Shown: piece after piece, positions 43,868-52,706 of the stretch | Numbering within the stretch: the first letter of the stretch is position 1 | Layout: each line of letters starts with the position of its first letter | Assembly: GCA_964610885.1 (NCBI GenBank) | Contig: CAZSWR010000004.1 | Location: 16,200-80,199 of the forward strand | Source of the DNA: an uncultured Hyphomicrobiales bacterium | GTDB lineage: Bacteria; Bacteroidota; Ignavibacteria; Kapaibacteriales; UBA2268 | Direction of reading: 5' to 3' | DNA: 64,000 nt | Program-made: the position numbers and the translations under genes | The notes under the pieces: model-generated | Told to the model about the DNA's origin: nothing | Database searches by the model: none | The model's input: only the letters and a program-made list of their open reading frames with translations

Positions 43868-44392
43868 ATGTCGAAAATCAAACTGTGCATCATTGCCATC
43901 ACCTGCATGGCACTATTCTCGGGTAAAGCATTTGCTCAAAAAGGCTTCATCGTGGGCGTCGTGGACGTGGAAAACGTCGCCAAACAATTGAAAGAAACCG
44001 AAGACGCCGACAAACTTATCCGCGATATGTCGAAGATTCTGAATGATTCGCTCGTCAAACTTCAGGAAGACTTCCAGAAAAGAGTCGAACAATATCAGAA
44101 ACAACAAGGAATGATGTCGCAAGACCAGAAGACAAAAGAAGAAACTTCGCTCAAAGGCACACAAGACCAATTAGTGCAATTGCGCCAAAGCATGCTCGAC
44201 GAAATCGGCAAAAAACGCGAAGAATTGCTCACACCGATTCGCGCCAAAGTCAAAGATGCTATTGATGCAGTCGCCAAAGACGAAGGCATGAGCCTCGTAC
44301 TCGAAAAGGGCGCAACCAACTCCGTAGTCCTCTATTTCGAGGATAAATACGACATTACTTTCCGCGTGATCGATAGAATCAAACGCAAATAA
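43868..44392 (+). CDS. skp: OmpH/Skp-family periplasmic chaperone, copy 1
   Basis: 174 aa with a signal peptide, a coiled-coil Q/K/E-rich core and the typical position after bamA. Confidence 0.8.
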   Translation: MSKIKLCIIAITCMALFSGKAFAQKGFIVGVVDVENVAKQLKETEDADKLIRDMSKILNDSLVKLQEDFQKRVEQYQKQQGMMSQDQKTKEETSLKGTQDQLVQLRQSMLDEIGKKREELLTPIRAKVKDAIDAVAKDEGMSLVLEKGATNSVVLYFEDKYDITFRVIDRIKRK

Positions 44393-44607
44393 TTGCAAAG
44401 CGAAATCTACGAAGGCAGGGCCAATCGCTCGAGGTGAAATCCCACTGAGGGTTCCGGCGGCAGTGGCCCTGCCAATTCTTTGAGACGCTTGAACTGATTT
44501 TCGGTTCGGCAGGCCGGGCCGAAAATTGTTTCAAATACTCACCACGGAGATAAATGGCAAAAACAGTACTTCGTTACCGGGTATGTTAAAAAATTGAAAA
44601 TCAAAAG

Positions 44608-45378
44608 ATGAAACACACAATCAAATCGCTCATTCTTTGCGCTCTCGTAGCTACTGTTTTCGCGCCCTCTTGGCTTTCTGCCCAAAGGGTTGGCTTCGTT
44701 GCCTCGGACCTGATTCGCGAAAAATTCCCCGATGCCCAACAGGCCGACCAAAGGATTAAATCGGTCGTCGAGGAATGGAAGCGCGAATTGGACGGCATGG
44801 AGAAATCAATCGAATCCGCCGAAGCTGATATACGCAAGAATAGGCTGATTTGGAGCGACGACGAAAAAGCTCTCAAAGACAAAGACCTCGAAACGCTCAA
44901 AGCCCAATATCGGGAATTCTCTCGCAAGAAATTCGAACCGAATGGCGAATACGACGCCACCGTGAAAACCATTATGAAACCCGTCGAAGAAAAGATTTAT
45001 GCCGCCATCCAAGAGGTCTCTGCCGACGAAGGATACGACATTATCTGGGACAAAAGCGTCAGCCCGCTGGTCTATACAAACTTCAAATACGACCTGACCG
45101 TCAAGGTGCTTCGGAAATTGGGCGTGGACGTCAAGAAACTCGAAGAAGAACTTAAAGAAAAAATCGCCAAAGACCCGAGAAATCAGAAAAAAGGCTCGAA
45201 ACAACCGGCAAGCTCCACCCCTGCGCCGGCTCGCTCGCGCGACAGATTGAAGCAAGCTCAAGAAAAGCAAGACCAAGACTTAATGAAGGACTCGAAAAAC
45301 CAGCCTTCGCCCGAAGAACAGAAGAAAAAAGAAGAAGAGCAGAAAAAGCTCGAAGAAATGAAAAAGAACCCTAAATAA
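44608..45378 (+). CDS. skp: OmpH/Skp-family periplasmic chaperone, copy 2, with a Lys/Glu-rich C-terminal extension
   Basis: 256 aa with a signal peptide and an OmpH-like core (IYAAIQEVSADEGYDIIWDK). A ~75-aa low-complexity tail follows (...EEQKKKEEEQKKLEEMKKNPK). Confidence 0.75.
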   Translation: MKHTIKSLILCALVATVFAPSWLSAQRVGFVASDLIREKFPDAQQADQRIKSVVEEWKRELDGMEKSIESAEADIRKNRLIWSDDEKALKDKDLETLKAQYREFSRKKFEPNGEYDATVKTIMKPVEEKIYAAIQEVSADEGYDIIWDKSVSPLVYTNFKYDLTVKVLRKLGVDVKKLEEELKEKIAKDPRNQKKGSKQPASSTPAPARSRDRLKQAQEKQDQDLMKDSKNQPSPEEQKKKEEEQKKLEEMKKNPK

Positions 45379-45386
45379 GCAAAACT

Positions 45387-46442
45387 ATGCCAGTAAAAAT
45401 TTCATATACGTGCGCCGATATCGCAGCCTTTTCGGGCGGCGTGGTCGAGGGCAATCCCAACAAGGTGATAACCGCCCTCGGCAGAATCGAAACCGCAACA
45501 GCGGACGAAATATCATTCTTTGCGAATCCCAAATACGCAAAGCACCTCGAAACCACTCACGCCGGCTGCCTATTCGTGGAGAGGAGTTTCCACTCCGATG
45601 CGCTCGATCAGCATACGGTGCTAATCCGTGTGGACAATCCATACGTTGCATTCGTGATGTTGCTGAAACGCATCGATGCCGGGCGCTCCCGAAAACCTGC
45701 GGGTGTCCACCCCACGGCCATCATCGGCGAAGGCTGCTCGATCGATAGTTCAGCGCACATCGGATCCGGATGCGTCGTGGGATCGGAATGCACAATCGGG
45801 AAAAATGTCGTCATACTCCCCGGAGCGATTATCGAAGACTTCTGCTCGATCGGCGAGGGCACTTTGATTCATTCCGGTGTGGTATTGCGCGAAGACACAC
45901 AGATCGGCACGAATTGCATCATCCACTCCGGCGCAGTAATCGGTGGCGACGGCTTCGGCTTCGTCGAGGACGCAAAAGGCGCTTACCACAAAATTCCTCA
46001 GTTGGGCAACGTCGTTATCGGCGACGACGTCGAGATCGGTTGCAATACGACAGTGGACCGCGCAATGATTGGCTCGACAATTATCGAAAACGGTGTGAAA
46101 ATCGACAACTTAGTGCAAGTGGCCCACAACGTCTGTATCGGCGAAAGCACAGGCATTGCTTCGCAGGCTGGTGTCTCCGGCAGCTCGCACATCGGCAAAC
46201 GAAATCGCTTCGGCGGCCAAGTGGGCGTGGCCGGCCACTTAACAACTGCCGACGACGTTACACTGATGGCCCAATCCGGCGTCGCCAAATCGATCCCGGA
46301 ACCTGGCGTGTACTTCGGCTCGCCTGTTCGCGAACGAATGAAAGCATTCAAGATCGAGGCCGCCATCTCCAATCTGACCGAAACGCTCAGAGAAATTGGC
46401 AGAATGAAAAAAGATATCGAAGAATTAAAAAAGAACGGATAA
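45387..46442 (+). CDS. lpxD: UDP-3-O-acylglucosamine N-acyltransferase
   Basis: 351 aa with an N-terminal LpxD domain and then hexapeptide repeats (IGEGCSI, IGSGCVV, IGKNVVI ...), in the conserved position after skp. Confidence 0.9.
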   Translation: MPVKISYTCADIAAFSGGVVEGNPNKVITALGRIETATADEISFFANPKYAKHLETTHAGCLFVERSFHSDALDQHTVLIRVDNPYVAFVMLLKRIDAGRSRKPAGVHPTAIIGEGCSIDSSAHIGSGCVVGSECTIGKNVVILPGAIIEDFCSIGEGTLIHSGVVLREDTQIGTNCIIHSGAVIGGDGFGFVEDAKGAYHKIPQLGNVVIGDDVEIGCNTTVDRAMIGSTIIENGVKIDNLVQVAHNVCIGESTGIASQAGVSGSSHIGKRNRFGGQVGVAGHLTTADDVTLMAQSGVAKSIPEPGVYFGSPVRERMKAFKIEAAISNLTETLREIGRMKKDIEELKKNG

Positions 46443-46518
46443 CCTCTCGCGATTTCATCCGTTTAGTTTATAGTTTGAAATGTATGTTTGTTTTATCAAT
46501 ATAATTATAGGAGTTTAA

Positions 46519-46992
46519 ATGAAAACCAGAATCGCATCCATCCTTGGCCTCGTGGCCATCCTCTTCGCAGTTAGCTTCGCCCAGGCAGCCAACAAAGAAA
46601 TCAAAATCAAAACCAATGCAGACTGCGACCATTGCAAACAAGCAATCGAAAAAGCTCTCAAAGCAACTGACGGCGTTACAGACGCCACCGTGGACGTCAA
46701 AACCAAAACAGCAACCGTTAAATATGACGACGCAAAGACCAATCCCACAAAGATTAGAAAAGCAATCGTCGCCAGCGGCTACAATGCCGACAAAATGAAA
46801 GCCAAAGCCGCCAAAGCCGGCTGCTCAGACGATAAATGCAAAGACGCAAAGAATTGCAAAGACGCCAAAGCAGAATGCAAAGACAAAAAAGCCGATGCTA
46901 AAACAGATTGCAAAGATGCCAAAGCAACAGGCAAATGCAGCAAATCCTGCAAAGACAAAAAATCATGCGAAAAACCCACAGAAGTGAAATAA
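46519..46992 (+). CDS. Secreted heavy-metal-associated (HMA) domain protein with a Cys/Lys-rich repeat tail
   Basis: 157 aa with a signal peptide. The HMA fold has a CxxC (NADCDHCKQAIEKALKATDGVTDATVDVKTKTATVKYD). The tail reads CSDDKCKDAKNCKDAKAECKDKKADAKTDCKDAKATGKCSKSCKDKKSCEK. Confidence 0.75.
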   Translation: MKTRIASILGLVAILFAVSFAQAANKEIKIKTNADCDHCKQAIEKALKATDGVTDATVDVKTKTATVKYDDAKTNPTKIRKAIVASGYNADKMKAKAAKAGCSDDKCKDAKNCKDAKAECKDKKADAKTDCKDAKATGKCSKSCKDKKSCEKPTEVK

Positions 46993-47019
46993 TCCATCTT
47001 TCATGGGCACAAACACCAA

Positions 47020-47051
47020 AGGCTCGCTTCTATTGAGGCGAGCCTCTTTTT
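47020..47051 (+). terminator. Rho-independent terminator after the HMA gene
   Basis: An AGGCTCGC / GCGAGCCT stem is followed by CTTTTT. Confidence 0.8.
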
Positions 47052-47200
47052 ATGTACAGACAAAGATTGAATTGAGTTAACCATCCGACGACTCTCGGAT
47101 ATTTTTTGATTTTGATTTTGACTTTGGCTCTTCGCTTTTTTGTATTGACACAGTCCAACATACCATAATGAGAGTGTCAGAAAAAATCTGAATTGTATTG

Positions 47201-47371
47201 TACCGCGTAGCGGTTGCTCTATTGTAGCAAAATGTTGACTCTTTTCGAGTGATTTCGCGTAGCGAATGTTCTATTGATTTGTTTGATTTTACCACGTTTA
47301 TACAACAACCGCTACGCGGTACGGCTTGCACGGGAAAACAGCACCTACAGTATAACAACCGCTACGCGGTA
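47201..47371 (+). repeat. Palindrome-array repeat, family 2, copy 2
   Basis: The left end is TACCGCGTAGCGGTTGCTCTATTGTAG and the right end is CTACAGTATAACAACCGCTACGCGGTA. Internal sites are TTCGCGTAGCGAA and AACCGCTACGCGGTA. It is colinear with 25630..25804. Confidence 0.8.
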
Positions 47372-47504
47372 TCAATCCGAAGATATTTCTCTTTATATTT
47401 CATGGGCGCATTACCCTTCCGAAGGTTAATGGCATTTCAACGCGCCACCAATGCCGCTCAAGCGATTTTTCGCATTATCCGGCAAATGGATACGTCTCGT
47501 GGGC

Positions 47505-48929
47505 TTACTTCGTCTGAAAGCTGACTACATAGTCCAAAAGCGGGTATCCGTCGAGCGATTTGAATGCGCTGCCTACCAAGATAAACTCGTACACCTTTTT
47601 CGCTTCGAGCGCCAATCCGAGAACGAGTGTCTTGTTGCCGTCCTCGTATCGGACATTCTTTCCTGCAATCGGGAACTCAGTGCCTTCGCTCATCGAGCGC
47701 CATATAGAAAACCCCTTCCCGACGAGCGGCTTGTCGAAGTGTATCCTCATTTCCTTTGTGCTGCTCTCGGCGGATTCTGTATTGTTTGGAAATGGTTCGA
47801 TCGACGTAACGCGCGGGCATCTGCCAAATGTTTGCTCTGAGGAAACGGATAAGCCTTTGTAGAACTCGATCAGTTCGGGAATAAATGCTTCCAAAGTTGG
47901 ATACTTATCTCTGTTCTTTTCGTAGAAATCGAGTCTTTCGGCAAGTTCCCTGACCCAAATGAATCCGGTACCAATTTGGTATTCGATTTCCGACTTAACG
48001 CACTTGCCCTTGTCCGTATTGTGGCTCTTCAGGTATTGGACGACGCTTGCCCTCACCAATGCTTCGTTCAGCATATATATTGGCATCGGATAGGCCATCC
48101 TTTGCATGGTGAATTTCACTAACTCGAAGACTCTCGAGGCATATGGATCGAAGCTATTCTTGTTCTTCTCATTTATGTCATTAACAAACGAATGACCGAA
48201 TTCGTGAATAAGCGTGGCAAGATAGTCTTCGGCCGAGTATTGCGGCTTCCCAAGGCTATCGAAAGACCAAGTACCCATCACAGCATAGCAATCCTCTGTC
48301 TTGTCTGGATTGATAACCTTCGGGCCATAGTTGCAACCTCCGTTGCCAAGCCCGATGATGATCTTCAGTTTGCCGGAGGGTTTCGTGCCATAGAATCGAA
48401 TAAACCAGTCCACATCCAAACTGTCGTACACCGCCATGAAACGCTCTTCGGCAAGGGCATAGAGCTGCTCGTGCTTCCTAAAAAACTCCTCGCAGCGCGT
48501 ATCCAGAGCAAACTTCTGAAGCAAAGTGGCGTATTGCAATGCGTTTTCGGCACCGCCCCATCTTTGAAATGCCTCGTCTGTGAAGGGCATAATGGGATTC
48601 AAAGATGGCAGAGGTTCCAAGTAGAAAGATATTGCAGCAACGGCATCGTATCCGACTCCGTGTTTCTGCCTCATTTCGTAGGCAAAGCGAACAGCTTCGT
48701 GATCCTTATAAGTGCTGAAAAACTCATTTATATCACGGATATATTCCTTGAAATCGTCATTGTTGTACTCCTGATTGCCGGCTAAACGAAAAACAATGCT
48801 CGACAATTCTGTTCGTGTGTCCACCCTTGGCAGCCCAAGTATCCCACCGGAGGATTGCCCGAAGGACTTTGTGGGCAACATGGAAACAAAAAATACTGCT
48901 AAAACAACAATGAGACTTCTCTGCGCCAT
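47505..48929 (-). CDS. Secreted putative zinc metallopeptidase (HExxH)
   Basis: 474 aa with the signal peptide MAQRSLIVVLAVFFVSMLPTKSFGQ, one HExxH motif (TLIHEFGHSF) and a beta-rich C-terminal domain. I do not recognise the family with certainty. Confidence 0.6.
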   Translation of the reverse strand: MAQRSLIVVLAVFFVSMLPTKSFGQSSGGILGLPRVDTRTELSSIVFRLAGNQEYNNDDFKEYIRDINEFFSTYKDHEAVRFAYEMRQKHGVGYDAVAAISFYLEPLPSLNPIMPFTDEAFQRWGGAENALQYATLLQKFALDTRCEEFFRKHEQLYALAEERFMAVYDSLDVDWFIRFYGTKPSGKLKIIIGLGNGGCNYGPKVINPDKTEDCYAVMGTWSFDSLGKPQYSAEDYLATLIHEFGHSFVNDINEKNKNSFDPYASRVFELVKFTMQRMAYPMPIYMLNEALVRASVVQYLKSHNTDKGKCVKSEIEYQIGTGFIWVRELAERLDFYEKNRDKYPTLEAFIPELIEFYKGLSVSSEQTFGRCPRVTSIEPFPNNTESAESSTKEMRIHFDKPLVGKGFSIWRSMSEGTEFPIAGKNVRYEDGNKTLVLGLALEAKKVYEFILVGSAFKSLDGYPLLDYVVSFQTK

Positions 48930-49266
48930 AATAATTCAGATAATTGATTGAACAAAAACTATAACTATATACACATAAATCTTTGTAAAGTTACCATTTG
49001 AATTAATAAAAGTTGAAGTAAACAATGGCCGGATGCCCTTGTTGGAGAGTGTTGAAAAAACTCCTTAATGTTGGGCACGCCAATTCAAGGTATAGACACG
49101 ATGCTTGAACTCCAGAGTTTCAATACTCATATACTTTTCCATTTCTCAGATGATGATCATTGCTACACAGACTAATTTCCCCGCCTCCCGCAGGTATGAC
49201 CGTTGGGTGGCGGGGAATTTAACTTCTTGGGTCAGGCTCCAGCGCAACAGCGACGAACCACGTGGA

Positions 49267-50514
49267 TTATTTCTTGATCGCCTTCAATAGCTCGGCGAGT
49301 GCAGCTCCGACGGCCCGTTCGCGGTTTATTTTCCGCTCATTGCCGAAGGAATACATTTTTGCGAATGCACCTGTGGGGCCTGCTATTCCGATCCACACCG
49401 TGCCAACCGGTTTTTCGGGCGAACCGCCGTCCGGCCCGGCAATGCCAGTGATCGAAACGGCGAAATCGGTTCCGAGTTCTTTGCGGCAATTGATTGCCAT
49501 TTCGAGCGCAGTTTGTTCGCTCACAGCGCCGTGGGCCGAAAGGGTGGCAGGAGACACACCGAGTTTGTCAATTTTCACGTTGTTATGGTATGCAACAATG
49601 CTTCCCATGAAGTATTTCGAACTGCCGGCCACGTCGGTTAGCGCAGCGCTGAGCATTCCTGCAGTGCACGATTCGGCGGTCGATACGGTTTTGCCGGATT
49701 TGGCCAGCTCCTCGCCGACGGCATTTGCAAGAGTCGATTCGCCCTCGCCGAAAATGAATCGCCCGGCCCGAGAGTATATGTGATCGGCGATTCTGTTGAT
49801 TTCCATGCGGGCCGAGTCCAGATTTGCTGCTTCGACGCCAATGCGCAACTTGACGCCCTGATACGACGGAAGGAAAGCCAGAGTGGCCGCGCCGAGGAAA
49901 GTCTCAGGCTCGCCAATTGTTTCCGCCAGCATCGATTCCGGGCAGCCTGTCGTCTGAATTGTCCTGAACACAGCAACTGAAGTATTTGTATTGCGAAGGA
50001 TTTCTTCGGCGAATGGAAGCACGTGGCGCTCGATTAGGTGTTTCATTTCGTTCGGGACGCCGGGCAGCGAAATTATGTATTTTCCGTCTCGCTCGAACAG
50101 CATTCCCGGGGCGGTTCCGACTGCATTGCGCAAAGGCTTGCACTTGCGCGGAAGCCATGCCTGTTGTTGGTTCCGATCGATAAAATTCACTCCACGATTG
50201 GCCAAGCGGATACGCAAATCCTCGAGTATGTCTTCGACCGGGGCAAGTTCGTCGTCGAAGTACTCGCAAAGGACAGGCTTCGTTATGTCGTCATGCGTCG
50301 GCCCGAGGCCGCCTGTCGTGATAACTATATCGGAAACCGCGAGCAGTCTGTCCAGTTCGGACAGCATCACATGGCGTTCGTCGCCGATGGTCGATTGGGC
50401 AACGACCGCGCAGCCGAGATCGGTCAGTTTCGATGCAATCCATTGAGTGTTGGTGTTGGCCACCTGGCCGATGAGCAGTTCATCGCCAATTGTTAAAACT
50501 GATATTTTTAGCAT
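49267..50514 (-). CDS. cinA: CinA-family protein (MoCF-binding domain plus nicotinamide-nucleotide amidohydrolase PncC domain)
   Basis: The start is at ATG 50514 (MLKISVLTIGDELLIGQVANTN). It has ITTGGLGPTHDDIT and the C-terminal CinA domain TAESCTAGMLSAALT ... GTVWIG. Confidence 0.9.
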   Translation of the reverse strand: MLKISVLTIGDELLIGQVANTNTQWIASKLTDLGCAVVAQSTIGDERHVMLSELDRLLAVSDIVITTGGLGPTHDDITKPVLCEYFDDELAPVEDILEDLRIRLANRGVNFIDRNQQQAWLPRKCKPLRNAVGTAPGMLFERDGKYIISLPGVPNEMKHLIERHVLPFAEEILRNTNTSVAVFRTIQTTGCPESMLAETIGEPETFLGAATLAFLPSYQGVKLRIGVEAANLDSARMEINRIADHIYSRAGRFIFGEGESTLANAVGEELAKSGKTVSTAESCTAGMLSAALTDVAGSSKYFMGSIVAYHNNVKIDKLGVSPATLSAHGAVSEQTALEMAINCRKELGTDFAVSITGIAGPDGGSPEKPVGTVWIGIAGPTGAFAKMYSFGNERKINRERAVGAALAELLKAIKK

Positions 50515-50611
50515 TTCAAGCCTTAAATAATGAACCATACCACATCAATACGATATTGTGCGCTCGGTGTTTCGAGGCATTTGCAATTCGTTGATTTTGT
50601 ATGGATTGAAA

Positions 50612-52612
50612 CTAATTCGTTTCAGTATTTGAATGGATCGGAAGAGTGAATTTGAATTTCGTACCGACTCCCACTTCGCTTTCGGCCCAGATTCGACCGT
50701 TGTTTATGGCCACAAATTCTTTGCAAAGCACCAATCCAAGCCCCGAACTTGGCTCGCCTTCGGTGCCGGGCTTGGAGACTTTATTCGTCAAGGAAAAAAT
50801 GTACTCGAGGCTATCTTTGGCGATACCAATCCCGTTATCGGCCACTTCAAACAATAGTTCGCCATCGTTTGTTTTCTCGGTAGATAGCGAAATAGTCCCT
50901 CCTCGATTTGTGAATTTGATTGCATTTGTCAGAAGGTTCCTCAGCACTGTCAAGGCCATCTGTATATCGATTCGAATGGGAGTATTGCAATGATTCCTGA
51001 CGTCCAGCAAGATATTTTTTTGGTTGGCCATGGAGGCCATTTCTTCGGAAATATTCTCGATCAAGTCATCCGAGTTAGCTATTACAAAATTCGGGACAAT
51101 GATATTCCTTTGGATACGCGACCAAGTGAGCAGATTCTCCAGCAGGTTAAACACGTTTCTTGCGGATTTGTGCAATTCCTTCGATATGGTGGCTCTGTCC
51201 TCATCGGTGAACAGATCCGATTGAGTGTCGAACATCTCGGCAATTTGCAGGAAGCTGCCAATGGGCGAGCGCAGGTCGTGGGCAATGATCGAGAAGAATT
51301 TATCCTTCGTTGCGTTGGACTCCTCGAGCGAGTTTTTCTGAACAGAAATTATAAAGTTCTTATGGTTCAATTCTTGGTTGGCTTTTTTCTGATTTTTGTT
51401 TTTTAAAAACAGAATAACAAAAATCACGAATAGCAGACCCAGTATCGAGACGAACAGCACCAACTGATAGCGAACGGTTGTGCGGCTCCTGTCCAATGCG
51501 ATTTCATTTTTTTCAAGCTCGAACCGGTTCTGGAGGCTTGCCAATTTGGCGCTCAGGTCGCGACTGAAGATTTTATCGTGCGCCACGAATGCTTCGTTGA
51601 GGTAAAAAAGTGATTCCTTGTAACTACCAATTTTTTCGTAGCAAGAACTGAGGATATGCGAGCTATATTTGATATAAACTAAAACTTCGGTCTTCTTCGC
51701 CAGGTCATATGCAACCAAACCGTATCGAATTGCAAGGGAGTATTTGCCAATTTTCTCGTAATAGGCAGAAATATTAATATAGACCAGTGCCAAGTCCGGG
51801 AAATCTCGAGTGCTACGAGTAACTTCAAGAGCTTTTTGCAAGTATCCGTCGGCAATGTCCATCCGGCAGGCAAATGAATTCACAGTGCCGAGCAGCATCA
51901 ATGCAGAAATAGCCAATTCATTGTTTTGCAATGATTTACTAATGTCGAGTGTTTTCTTGGCAAATGTTTCGACCGAATCGAAGAGCAGGCGGAATTCCTG
52001 ATGTTTCGTATAGTATTCGTCGAATACTATATTACCATTGTGGAAAGCATCACGAAGCCCCAAGTTATCGATTTGGGCGTAGAGCAATTCGAGGCAAACA
52101 GCTGCGACACGGTCGTAGGTTCGGCCCTGGCCGAGTTCATTATTTGTCTCAGTGAATACTTTCAGCGCCTCGTCAAGGTATTGGAGGGACATATCGTAGC
52201 GCGCCGAAGCACGGTATATTTCGCCAATTGAACGAAGTATTTCGGCGGATTCGTCTGGTTTGCCGAGCAGTTTGAATATCTTCAAAGCGTCGAACATATA
52301 GTCCAACGCGATATTGTGGTCGCCAAGCAGTTTCCAAGACTTGCCTATGTATTCATTTGCCTTCCCGGAATTGTATTTGCTGCCGAGCGAATCAGCAATT
52401 TTAAGTGCCAATTCTGCGTATTGCAGGGCCATGACGTCGTTATTATTAACCTTTTCGCTGGCAATAACGAGAAGGGTTTCCATTCGCTCGTCGGAGGTTT
52501 GCGGCTGTTTGATTGCTTCGAGCAAACTATCGGTGGGGCCTTTGGCTCGGGCGGTGAGCGTTAGGAATATAAAACAGATAAATAAGAATATTTTGTTCAG
52601 GTTGCTTGTCAT
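50612..52612 (-). CDS. TPR-repeat sensor histidine kinase
   Basis: 666 aa with a signal peptide, about 350 aa of TPR-like repeats and one TM (LVLFVSILGLLFVIFVILFL). It has an H-box (FFSIIAHDLRSPI) and HATPase_c (ADNGIGI ... GLGLVLCKEF). Confidence 0.85.
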   Translation of the reverse strand: MTSNLNKIFLFICFIFLTLTARAKGPTDSLLEAIKQPQTSDERMETLLVIASEKVNNNDVMALQYAELALKIADSLGSKYNSGKANEYIGKSWKLLGDHNIALDYMFDALKIFKLLGKPDESAEILRSIGEIYRASARYDMSLQYLDEALKVFTETNNELGQGRTYDRVAAVCLELLYAQIDNLGLRDAFHNGNIVFDEYYTKHQEFRLLFDSVETFAKKTLDISKSLQNNELAISALMLLGTVNSFACRMDIADGYLQKALEVTRSTRDFPDLALVYINISAYYEKIGKYSLAIRYGLVAYDLAKKTEVLVYIKYSSHILSSCYEKIGSYKESLFYLNEAFVAHDKIFSRDLSAKLASLQNRFELEKNEIALDRSRTTVRYQLVLFVSILGLLFVIFVILFLKNKNQKKANQELNHKNFIISVQKNSLEESNATKDKFFSIIAHDLRSPIGSFLQIAEMFDTQSDLFTDEDRATISKELHKSARNVFNLLENLLTWSRIQRNIIVPNFVIANSDDLIENISEEMASMANQKNILLDVRNHCNTPIRIDIQMALTVLRNLLTNAIKFTNRGGTISLSTEKTNDGELLFEVADNGIGIAKDSLEYIFSLTNKVSKPGTEGEPSSGLGLVLCKEFVAINNGRIWAESEVGVGTKFKFTLPIHSNTETN

Positions 52613-52706
52613 TAATATAATTTGTATGTCAAAAGATTGTTGTTTTCCATTGGTAAATTAAGAAATTTTTTTTTATTTTTATTCTTTTATAAAGAGGGAA
52701 ATTAAA

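Noticed and set aside
44430-44470. GGTGAAATCCC...CAGTGGCC in the skp spacer, which looked faintly like a cobalamin riboswitch core
   Set aside because: It lacks the B12 box and the CCCGCCACTG context, and a B12 riboswitch in front of a periplasmic chaperone gene makes no biological sense.
46820-46975. Imperfect TGCAAAGAYGCMAAAG DNA repeat as a stand-alone tandem repeat or mobile feature
   Set aside because: It is in frame within the HMA gene and encodes the Cys/Lys tail. I treated it as coding low-complexity sequence and reported it under that gene.
49180-49230. Strong hairpin TTCCCCGCC...GGCGGGGAA between cinA and the metallopeptidase gene as a regulatory element
   Set aside because: It is most simply the cinA terminator stem, although it lacks a clear U-tract. 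Nothing else distinguishes it.
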